A program made the position numbers and the translations under genes. Positions 7,395 to 15,350 of a stretch of DNA of 34,359 nucleotides are shown piece by piece (the first letter of the stretch is position 1; each line of letters starts with the position of its first letter). Origin of the DNA: Urechidicola sp. (GTDB taxonomy: Bacteria > Pseudomonadota > Gammaproteobacteria > GCA-001735895); contig JBLILW010000002.1 in NCBI GenBank assembly GCA_047638435.1, positions 1 through 34,359 of the forward strand, given 5' to 3'. The notes under the pieces are model-generated. The model did not search any database, was not told the origin of the DNA, and saw only the letters and a program-made list of their open reading frames with translations.

Positions 7395-8716
7395 TAATTT
7401 TGGTGGATCATAGATAATAGCTCAGGATAGTGACCTAGATCGGATAAGGTATCAATATCCCTTACCATTTCAAGCAGTCGAACTTTATAATTGAGCAACT
7501 TGGCGTTGTAGATGGTTTGTTGCAATACACGACTACTGCCCCACTCAACCTGATTGAAAAGTAGAGGATCGATGACCCGGCAGCCGATCAATGCAAAACC
7601 GCCATCGAAGGTGGGTAGAAGCACAATGTCATTGCTATCCAGAGCAGCGAGGGTTTGATCAAAATGAGCTAGCTCTAAATCAAGGCAATCTGAACCAATT
7701 AAAATGACCTTGTGGCTGGTCTGGTCTGATAGCTCACTGTCAAGTGCAAACAGCATCCGATCCCCCAAACCAATGCCTTGCTGTAAAAGATAAGTCTCTT
7801 GTTGAAAAACGTCGTCCTGTGTCTCTTCGCTTAACCAAATTTGATAATTGCAATGAGATGTTCTTAATAAATCAAGCGTGTAGCTCAGGCAGTGTCGAAA
7901 AACACGGGTTGCTTTATCTGTTCCAATATCGGGGATGAGGCGAGTTTTGACTTTACCCTCAACCGGCGGTTTGGCAAAAATCTGAATAACAGGCATTGTC
8001 TTTGCTATCGGTTCCATATTTGATGGCAAGTTAGGGTAATAAATTTCACGCAATCGAACGGGATCGACTCCGAGCCAGTAAGAGAGTCTTAACCGCCACA
8101 TCAGGATGATTGTTTTTGTAATACCATTTTTCTCCCAACGACGACTAGAGGTAACAACAGGATCAAGGGCTATGCTAGGCTTGTGTACCCGTCGAGCCTT
8201 TTTACAGATTGCGATATCTTCCATGATTGGAATGGGAGGAAAGCCTTGCAGCGAGGCGAAGAAAGTTCGTTCAAAAAATAAGGTCTGGTCTCCAGTGCCG
8301 ATTGAACTCCATCGGGAACGCAGGTTGATTGCCTTTTCGATGACGCGGAAAAACCAATGTTGACCGCTGAGTTGCACCGAGAAAAACCCCCATTGACGAT
8401 CATTAGTTAACTGGCTAGTCCAATCTGCTGGCAAAACAGTATCTGCATGCAAAAACAGCAGCCAGTTACCCATCGCGAGTTTGCTTGCTGCATTCATTTG
8501 ATGCGCTCGTCCAGGCGGGCTGGTAGTGACCTGGCAAGGGAATAGATGGGCTATCTGAACCGAGTGATCGGTGCTGCCACCATCGCAAATAATGACCTCA
8601 ACCGAAGTCAGTCCATCAAGACGGGCAAATAGCCGTTGCAGGTTTTGTTTTAAGTGACTGGCTTCATTCAACACTGGTATGATGATGCTAATCGATATTC
8701 GGACATGCTTAACCAT
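7394..8716 (-). CDS. fusion of a GT2-type 'rSAM/selenodomain-associated transferase 2' (N-terminal) and a DUF2064-type 'transferase 1' (C-terminal)
   Basis: The N-terminal half has ISIIIPVLNEASHL, ICDGGSTDHS, LLFLHADTVLP, TGDQTLFFER, IMEDIAICKK and SSRRWEKNG, a GT2 family I recall as TIGR04283. The C-terminal half has VIQIFAKPPVEGKVKTRL, GLGDRM, VILIGSDCLDL, LLPTFDGGFALIG and VEWGSSRV, which fits DUF2064, recalled as TIGR04282. I chose the start at 8716 (MVKHVRISI..) rather than the ORF maximum of 8788, which would run into the upstream gene. Confidence 0.75.
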   Translation of the reverse strand: MVKHVRISISIIIPVLNEASHLKQNLQRLFARLDGLTSVEVIICDGGSTDHSVQIAHLFPCQVTTSPPGRAHQMNAASKLAMGNWLLFLHADTVLPADWTSQLTNDRQWGFFSVQLSGQHWFFRVIEKAINLRSRWSSIGTGDQTLFFERTFFASLQGFPPIPIMEDIAICKKARRVHKPSIALDPVVTSSRRWEKNGITKTIILMWRLRLSYWLGVDPVRLREIYYPNLPSNMEPIAKTMPVIQIFAKPPVEGKVKTRLIPDIGTDKATRVFRHCLSYTLDLLRTSHCNYQIWLSEETQDDVFQQETYLLQQGIGLGDRMLFALDSELSDQTSHKVILIGSDCLDLELAHFDQTLAALDSNDIVLLPTFDGGFALIGCRVIDPLLFNQVEWGSSRVLQQTIYNAKLLNYKVRLLEMVRDIDTLSDLGHYPELLSMIHQN

Positions 8717-8723
8717 TAGCCCA

Positions 8724-9689
8724 TTAACCGAGCGCACCACCACAACTGCTGCCTTGACCCGCTGTGCAGCCATAACAATGGTCAGCAACGCTAACTGGAA
8801 TGCTTAATAGATCATCGATCAAAACATCACGAATATGCAAAGGGTCTTGGTTGTAAGGATTGGTAATATTCATATTCAACATTTGGTTGAAATCGCAGTC
8901 ATAAACAAAGCCCTGCCAATCAACACTGAGTTGATTCTTACACATAAGCCCATCGAGATTTTCGGGACTGTAAGCATCCTTCAAAAGTGTCATATAATTA
9001 TTAAATTCGCCCTTCGAAATTAAGGTGCTGCCAAAGCGTGCGATGGGCATGTTGGTAATGGTAAATAACTGATCGAACTGGATATCGAATTCTGCTTGAA
9101 GAAACTGCTTATAGTCAGCGCGCAATTCTTCCTGTGAGGGGGGTAAAAACGGGCCGGTCGGGTTGTACACTAAAGTAATTGTGAGCGGACTATCTGGCTG
9201 ACTATAACCCAGATCATTTAATATTTGTAATGCGTCGATGCTCTTTTGATAAACACCTTTTCCGCGCTGCCCATCGACATTTTCCTCAATATAACAAGGC
9301 AAAGAGGCAACGATTTGAACTTCGTTGTCTGCCAGGAATTGAGCCATATCTTCATAGCCTGGTTCGAGTAAAATAGTTAGATTGCAGCGGTCGATGACTT
9401 TAATCCCCAGTTCTCGAGCCTTGAGCACCAAGTGTTTGAATAAAGGGTTCATTTCAGGCGCACCACCGGTTAAATCAAGGGTATGAACTGAAGGTTGTTT
9501 GAGTACCCGAAGCAAATCATCAATACTGTCTTCAGTCATTAACTCTTTACGGTTGGGGCCCGCTGCCACGTGGCAATGTAAGCAAGATTGATTGCAGAGA
9601 TAACCCAAATTCACTTGTAACACTTCAATAGTACGACGCGAAACAGAGGGGAAGTCAGTGTTTTTCAATAAAGGCCAGGTATCTTTCAT
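8724..9689 (-). CDS. arsS: radical SAM / Cys-rich domain protein, ArsS-type (arsenosugar biosynthesis radical SAM family)
   Basis: The CxxxCxxC radical-SAM motif is CNQSCLHC (about 9573..9596), embedded in LQVNLGYLCNQSCLHCHVAAGPNRKELM. The Cys-rich tail is DHCYGCTAGQGSSCGGALG. The start at 9689 (MKDTWPLLKNTDFPSV) fits the family N-terminus as I recall it, but the ORF could extend to 9833. Confidence 0.8.
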   Translation of the reverse strand: MKDTWPLLKNTDFPSVSRRTIEVLQVNLGYLCNQSCLHCHVAAGPNRKELMTEDSIDDLLRVLKQPSVHTLDLTGGAPEMNPLFKHLVLKARELGIKVIDRCNLTILLEPGYEDMAQFLADNEVQIVASLPCYIEENVDGQRGKGVYQKSIDALQILNDLGYSQPDSPLTITLVYNPTGPFLPPSQEELRADYKQFLQAEFDIQFDQLFTITNMPIARFGSTLISKGEFNNYMTLLKDAYSPENLDGLMCKNQLSVDWQGFVYDCDFNQMLNMNITNPYNQDPLHIRDVLIDDLLSIPVSVADHCYGCTAGQGSSCGGALG

Positions 9690-10085
9690 ATGCTTTGTCG
9701 GGTTGAGGCTTGGAAACGATAGACCGATAATATCACACTGAGTTCCAGTCGTGCTTTGAGATGCGTAATATTGCAGGTCTAAGCACGCCAGTATGACCTT
9801 AATATCGCTAACAGTGAAAATGCGGCCTAACACTGAGGGAAAATCTAATCGACATCTCTCAAAAATTCAAAGCGACTTAATTCGGTTAGCTCGGTTAATG
9901 TGACTATAGTTTTATTTTAGAAGCAGAGTTGTTCCGATAAGCGGAATGTTTTGAGGAATGAATACAAGACTCAGCTCTCATTTTAAATAACAAATGGTAT
10001 TTTCTTGGTTTATTATTAATAAACTAGAATATGCTTAAACCTACTTTTAGAGACATAACGAAACGTTTGGGAATCAAACGACATA

Positions 10086-11896
10086 ATGAGTGTTGAATTC
10101 GAAATCGCCAGCGATCAAATTGATGGTGCTAGAGACTATCAAGAAGACCCTATATGGTTAATCAGCTTTGGGACGCTGATAACGTTAAAACATGCGTGTT
10201 GGCTATTATGGTCGATGGTATGTGTGGGCACGCTGCCGTAACCTAGCCAGTAATTGAGCGGTCTCAATATTTAACAAATCCTTCCAGTCCCGCTTTCCTA
10301 GCAAAGAAGTCAGCGCACACTCACAGATGCTTTAAATCGGTCAAATGAACAAATACGGGCCTCTGTCATGGCAATACCGGTTTTGAAAGGTATGGACTGT
10401 ACGATGATGGCCGCGTACCTGGAAGGTGATGATTTATTTTGGGTTAGTGTCGGCGATAGCCATCTCTATTTGATTCGTGAGTGTGGGTTGGTCAAGCCAA
10501 ATGCAGATCATAGCTAAGGTGACTATCTGGATATGATGAAAGGGCAGGGCATGAAGGTCGATGAGCAGGTGGGTATGTCCAGAAATATGCTGATGAGCGC
10601 GATGACTGGTGATGAAATTAGTCGCATCTATGTCTCTGATGCGCCGATTAAGGTTCGCCAATCGATCGCCTTATTGTCGCCAGTGACGGTCTCGATACCC
10701 GGGCGCAGGTGCAATCATACAATATTCGTCTTGGTCGGCAAGGGCAAGAGAATGTGTCTATGCCTTGCTTAAGGCGGTTGAAGATGCAAACAAGATAAAT
10801 CAGGACAACACCACTTTAATCGTTATCGATATAAAGGAACAAGTGGTGCATGAAACTCTAGTAATAAGTGAACAAAAATCAGTTGAGCCAGCTCTAGTGG
10901 TTGATATAAAAGTTAAAGCAGAATATAAAGAACCCCGCTCCTATAAAGGCTTGGTTTGGTTAGTCATCATCATATTGCAAGCGCCAGTTGGTTACTTTGC
11001 AAGGCAAAAGTTCTGGTGACGCAGATGACGGATAAAACGGGTGAAATCATTCAAGCGCAGATATCGACTGACCCAGTTAAAGTTGCTGAGTTAGTCGTTA
11101 CAGAAAACGACTCAGATTCGTTCAGTGATGGGCTAGACGATGAGCCCCCAGCAGTTGAGCTAATCGTGACGCTAGAGCCGCCTCCTAAAGTTGTCGATAA
11201 AGCAGACCTGTCTACTAATAAGCTAACATCAGGCGGCAGTAGAACTTTAATGATCCAGATGCCCAGTGGCAGCTTCCGCATGGGTAGTTCTACGGGTATT
11301 CTTTCAGTGGATGAATCTCCTATACATGAAGTCAAAATCAGCTTGGTTATGGTCTTGGTGGATGAAATTACTTTTGCTGAATACGATCGTTTCGCAAAAG
11401 TAACCGGACGTCAGTTAGCCACTACGCACTGGGATCGTAAAACTTACCCAGCGGATAATGTGTCGTGGGACGATGCTATCGCCTATTTGGGCTGGCTAAG
11501 CAAGAAAACTGGAAAGTACTATCGATTATTGTCAGAAGCCGAGTGGGAGTATGACGCCCATGCCGGTACAAAATCCTCTTATTGGTGGGGTCTTACGCCT
11601 AGTGTCGACAATGCAAACTGTTTTGATTGCATGAGTGACATTAGCTCTAACAATCCTGCAAAAGTAGGGATCTACCAACCGAATCGTTTTGGACTGTATG
11701 ACACAGCTGGTAATATGTTCGAATGGGTTCACGATTGTTATCACCGCTGTTATAAAGATGCGTCAACCGATGGCTCGGTATGGGAAGGGGCGCCTATCCT
11801 AGTCCAGCTAGCTCAATGCGCGTAGAAAATCGCGATAAGTTCCCAAGTGGCCGAGGTCAGTATAATGTTGGCATTCGGATTGCTCGTGACTTGTAA
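10086..11896 (+). pseudogene. decayed PP2C phosphatase - TM - FGE-sulfatase (SUMF1-like) domain gene
   Basis: PP2C landmarks are scattered over all three + frames: IDGARDYQED (frame of the ATG at 10086, stop at 10239..10241); MVDGMCGHAAV; GNLASN*AVSIF; MDCTMMAAYLEGDDLFWVSVGDSHLYLIRE..NADHS followed by an in-frame TAA at 10515..10517; DRLIVASDGLDT; KINQDNTTLIVIDI. A hydrophobic segment follows, then an FGE-sulfatase domain (GSFRMGS, ESPIHEV, DNVSWDDAIAYLGWLS, YRLLSEAEWEY, NRFGLYDTAGNMFEWV). The expected end of that domain (..NVGIRIARDL*, stop at 11894..11896) lies in a different frame from 10956..11825. Confidence 0.7.
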
Positions 11897-11982
11897 TTTT
11901 CAGGCTTATTAAAACATGGCCACTGAATCTTGCAATGATCCTAATCGCGGCCTGCCCGCCTTTAATTCATAGGAAACTGTAA

Positions 11983-12639
11983 ATGCTTAACTGGAGTCAG
12001 ATTGAAACTGTGCTGTTAGATATGGATGGCACTTTACTCGATTTACATTTTGACAATTATTTTTGGCAAGAGCATCTACCCACTCGTTTTGCTGAAATAA
12101 AATCGATCGACCCACACCTGGCCAGGGGTCAAATACAAGCGCAGACTCGTTCAATACAAGGCACCTTAAATTGGTATTCAACCGATTATTGGAGCCATCT
12201 ATTAGGCGTAGATATTGTCCAGCTCAAGCATGAAGTTAGTCATAAAGTTGCGCTGAGGCCTTATTGTGTTGATTTCCTTGAGGCGTTGCGTAAAGCAGGA
12301 AAAGATGTCGTGATGGTCACCAATGCGCATCATGATAGCCTGAATTTGAAAATGGCAAAAACTGGTATTTCGGAGAAGTTTGATCGTTTAATTACAGTGC
12401 ATGAATTTTCTCTGCCAAAAGAAGATCCTGATTGCTGGCATGAAGTATATAAGCGACACCCATTTGATAACGATAAGACGCTGCTCATTGATGATAATTT
12501 GAAGGCCTTGAAATCAGCGTTAGATTTTGGCATAGCAAACATATTGGCTGTTCATAAGCCAGACTCAATGGCACCCGCTATGGACGTGCAAGGGTATCCG
12601 GCGATCCATTCATTTCAAGATATTATGCCGATTGCGTAA
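11983..12639 (+). CDS. yrfG: HAD-superfamily GMP/IMP nucleotidase, YrfG-like
   Basis: 218 aa. VLLDMDGTLLDLHFDNYFWQEHLP closely resembles the E. coli YrfG N-terminus. VMVTNAH and LIDDN supply the remaining HAD motifs. Confidence 0.8.
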   Translation: MLNWSQIETVLLDMDGTLLDLHFDNYFWQEHLPTRFAEIKSIDPHLARGQIQAQTRSIQGTLNWYSTDYWSHLLGVDIVQLKHEVSHKVALRPYCVDFLEALRKAGKDVVMVTNAHHDSLNLKMAKTGISEKFDRLITVHEFSLPKEDPDCWHEVYKRHPFDNDKTLLIDDNLKALKSALDFGIANILAVHKPDSMAPAMDVQGYPAIHSFQDIMPIA

Positions 12640-12665
12640 TGGTTGATAATTACAGGTGAAATATT

Positions 12666-13160
12666 ATGGTGCTCACCGAAATGGTTTCTGATAAGAAACT
12701 GACCGGAGGCTGTTTGTGCGGACAGGTCCGGTACCGAATCAATGGCCATTGCCGTAATATAATTAATTGCCACTGCGACAATTGTAGACGAACTCATGGA
12801 CATGTGGCGGCCTATACTTCGGTAGATAAAGGTGATCTGGAGTTGCTCTCCAAACAAAGCCTCAAGTGGTATCACGATAAAGATCCTAATGCTTACCGAG
12901 GGTTTTGTGGTAACTGTGGCGCCAGCCTATTTTGGCAGGCAGCCGATTTAAACCACTTCATTTCAAATAATACAATGTCTGTCGCGGCAGGCACCCTGGA
13001 TTGTGGGCATAGTTTAAAAACAATCGGGCATGTTTATGTTTCAGAGGCTGGTGAATACTATAAAATTGAAGATGAGTTGCCGCAATTTGAAGCATCAAGT
13101 AATGGTAAGCTCGATGCTAAATCTAAAAAGCCGACCATAATGTCACTTGAGGATAGTTGA
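12666..13160 (+). CDS. GFA / CENP-V family Cys-rich (zinc) protein
   Basis: 164 aa. GGCLCGQVRYRI, CHCDNCRRTHG and FCGNCGASLFW match the glutathione-dependent formaldehyde-activating enzyme (GFA) fold family. Confidence 0.8.
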   Translation: MVLTEMVSDKKLTGGCLCGQVRYRINGHCRNIINCHCDNCRRTHGHVAAYTSVDKGDLELLSKQSLKWYHDKDPNAYRGFCGNCGASLFWQAADLNHFISNNTMSVAAGTLDCGHSLKTIGHVYVSEAGEYYKIEDELPQFEASSNGKLDAKSKKPTIMSLEDS

Positions 13161-13331
13161 GACTTGACCATTTCAGCTGAATGAGATAAAAGTTTTAAAA
13201 TGAGACTTATGTTCAATGCTCGCTGTCATGTTTGATACTGAGTTGCAGTTGATGCGTCAATCGATGCCTCTTGGGTATTATGAATTGCATCAGCCAATTT
13301 AACTTAAAAGAGCAGCCTGATATAAAACTTA

Positions 13332-13844
13332 ATGCTATCGACAGACAAAAAATATGATCCGCTCAATCGCTCTATTGCCCATGTATTGGAGCTGATTGGA
13401 GAAGGTTGGTCGATGCTCATTATTCGAGAAGCCTATCTGGGTACTCGACGGTTCGAAGCGTTTCAGAACCAATTAGGAATTGCACGCAATATCCTAACCA
13501 TTCGTTTGAAAAAACTCTGTCAAAACGAAATTCTTGAGCGTGTTCCAATAAAACCTGGTGCCAAGCGTCATGAATATCTGCTCACTAGTAAAGGTAAAGA
13601 GTTAATGCCTTTATTAGTAGCATTAACACAGTGGGGCGACAAATGGATTTTTGGTGAAAATTCTGAGCCAGTGATTTTTTTGGATAAAGAAAACCGTGAA
13701 CCAATCGATCAGATAAAAGTTTTCTCAGCACGTGGATTGCCTCTCAGGCCTCGGGATATTGTGATTGTTGCAGGGCCTGGTGCTAGCCAAGAGGCAAAAC
13801 AACGTATCGATGAATTAAACTTGGTAACAGAAACGTATGAGTAA
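13332..13844 (+). CDS. HxlR-family winged-helix transcriptional regulator with an extended C-terminus
   Basis: SIAHVLELIGEGWSMLIIREAYLGTRRFEAFQNQLGIARNILTIRLKKL..RHEYLLTSKG is the HxlR/DUF24 signature. At 170 aa it is longer than the usual ~110-130 aa. Confidence 0.8.
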   Translation: MLSTDKKYDPLNRSIAHVLELIGEGWSMLIIREAYLGTRRFEAFQNQLGIARNILTIRLKKLCQNEILERVPIKPGAKRHEYLLTSKGKELMPLLVALTQWGDKWIFGENSEPVIFLDKENREPIDQIKVFSARGLPLRPRDIVIVAGPGASQEAKQRIDELNLVTETYE

Positions 13845-14499
13845 TAAGCCGCTGGTTTGTCCAGACGATGCACCAGACTGTGGATGTCGAGACGAAATAG
13901 TCCGTTTGCGACAGGAAATTTCAGGTCTGTCTGAACTGGTTGCCAAGGATGCCCTGACTGGTCTTTACAATTCCAGACATTTTAAAAACGTACTCCAGTC
14001 CGAAATGGACCGGTCCAAACGAAGTGGTAGCCCGACTACTTTAGTGATGGTGGATATCGATTATTTTAAGGCTATCAACGATACTCATGGGTATGAAGTT
14101 GGTAATGTCGTGCTACAGCACATCGCCACTATTCTTGAAGATGAAGTAAGGACGACCGATATTGTTTGTCGTTATGGCGGAGAAGAATTCGCCATAATTT
14201 TCGCCGAAACGCATCTCAGGCTTGCGGCCAAAGTGGCCGATCGTATTCGTGAAGCCATTGCAGTGACGCCAATCCATTACAATGGAGAAGAAATTTTGGT
14301 AACAGTCAGCATGGGTGCCAGCGTTTATATAAAAACCAGCATTCTGGATGTGGTGGCTTTTGTTGATTCAGTCGACAAATATTTACATGAAGCCAAGCAG
14401 TCTGGTCGTAACTGCATTTGTCATATTGACTATGCTGACTTAAGAATGGTTGCCGAAGAGAGTGTTGATGAACTTGCCATGTTATTCAATGATGAATAA
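13837..14499 (+). CDS. diguanylate cyclase (GGDEF domain, GGEEF active site) with a short Cys-containing coiled N-terminus
   Basis: DALTGLYNSRHF, LVMVDIDYFKAINDTHGYEVGNVVL, RYGGEEFAIIF, SMGAS, VDKYLHEAKQSGRNC. The start overlaps the HxlR stop by 8 nt. Confidence 0.85.
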   Translation: MSNKPLVCPDDAPDCGCRDEIVRLRQEISGLSELVAKDALTGLYNSRHFKNVLQSEMDRSKRSGSPTTLVMVDIDYFKAINDTHGYEVGNVVLQHIATILEDEVRTTDIVCRYGGEEFAIIFAETHLRLAAKVADRIREAIAVTPIHYNGEEILVTVSMGASVYIKTSILDVVAFVDSVDKYLHEAKQSGRNCICHIDYADLRMVAEESVDELAMLFNDE

Positions 14500-14550
14500 G
14501 CCGGCCATATTGTTATAGCTACCGGCTCATTCATTCAACTTGCTTATTTA

Positions 14551-15084
14551 TTAAGATTGATTGTTGTAACGCTCAATACTCTTCATAATTTCCTTCTTGG
14601 CTTCTTCTTTATCAACCCAACCTTCGATCTTCACCCATTTACCCGTTTCTAGATCTTTATAATGTTCAAAAAAGTGAGCAATCGCATCCAGTAATGGCTT
14701 TGGTACATCACGAATGTTGTTATAACTTTCGTACATGTTGCTGAGTTTGTCGATCGGCACGGCCAAAATCTTGGCATCTTCACCAGCTTCATCTGACATC
14801 TGGAGCATGCCAAGTGGCCTTACTCTGACAACAGAACCCGTTATAACCGGTACAGGTGTTAAAACCAATACATCGGCAGGATCGCCGTCATCCGAAAGGG
14901 TTTGTGGAATATAGCCGTAGTTGCAAGGGTAATGCATGGCGGTACCCATAAAGCGATCAACGAACATTGCACCTGTGTCCTTATCTACCTCGTACTTGAC
15001 GGGGTCAGAATGAGAGGGTATCTCAATAATCACATTGACATCATTGGGTGCGTTCTTGCCGTAGCCGACTCGATCTAGAATCAT
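14551..15084 (-). CDS. ppa: inorganic pyrophosphatase (family I)
   Basis: 177 aa. [47 protein letters not shown] and AKILAVP form the canonical Ppa pattern. Confidence 0.95.
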   Translation of the reverse strand: MILDRVGYGKNAPNDVNVIIEIPSHSDPVKYEVDKDTGAMFVDRFMGTAMHYPCNYGYIPQTLSDDGDPADVLVLTPVPVITGSVVRVRPLGMLQMSDEAGEDAKILAVPIDKLSNMYESYNNIRDVPKPLLDAIAHFFEHYKDLETGKWVKIEGWVDKEEAKKEIMKSIERYNNQS

Positions 15085-15350
15085 AATTGTCTCAGAACAG
15101 GTAAAAAGGGTTGCGGATTATAACGGATTATTTGGAGTTGAGAACGTTTTGACCTGCAATTTTTCACTTGAAACTAAGAATAACTAACATTAGTAATTGC
15201 TGAGAAGCGCTATAGACCCGTTGCCAATCAAAAATTTCAGAGGACGGTTTATATTATATAATATTATATAGCATGTGATTATTTAATAATGAGAATAGTG
15301 TTACGACTTAACATTATCAGGTAGTCTCAAATAAAATAAGGGGTGATAAC

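Noticed and set aside
8717-8788. Upstream extension of the transferase-fusion ORF (MLTIVMAAQRVKAAVVVVRSVNGL..)
   Set aside because: The extension would overlap the 3-prime end of the ArsS-type gene by 65 nt, and it is simply the other frame of the Cys/Gly-rich tail. The GT2 family typically begins close to the ..IIIPVLNE strand, so the ATG at 8716 is preferred.
9690-9833. 48-aa N-terminal extension of the ArsS-type ORF
   Set aside because: The family N-terminus, as I recall it, begins near M-x-D/T-x-PLL..TDFP, which matches the ATG at 9689. The extension has no recognisable content. This is not certain, and the alternative start is noted in the feature.
14499-14527. Possible bidirectional terminator hairpin (AGCCGG..17 nt..CCGGCT) between the convergent GGDEF gene and ppa
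   Set aside because: The stem is only 6 bp with a 17-nt loop, and there is no flanking U-tract on either strand. That is too weak to call.
15251-15270. Perfect tandem duplication ATATTATATA x2 in the ppa/pntA divergent intergenic region, with a similar TATA-rich tract at 1..30
   Set aside because: These are very short, pure-AT, low-complexity sequences of the kind expected in AT-rich promoter DNA. There is no evidence for a specific site without comparative or experimental data.
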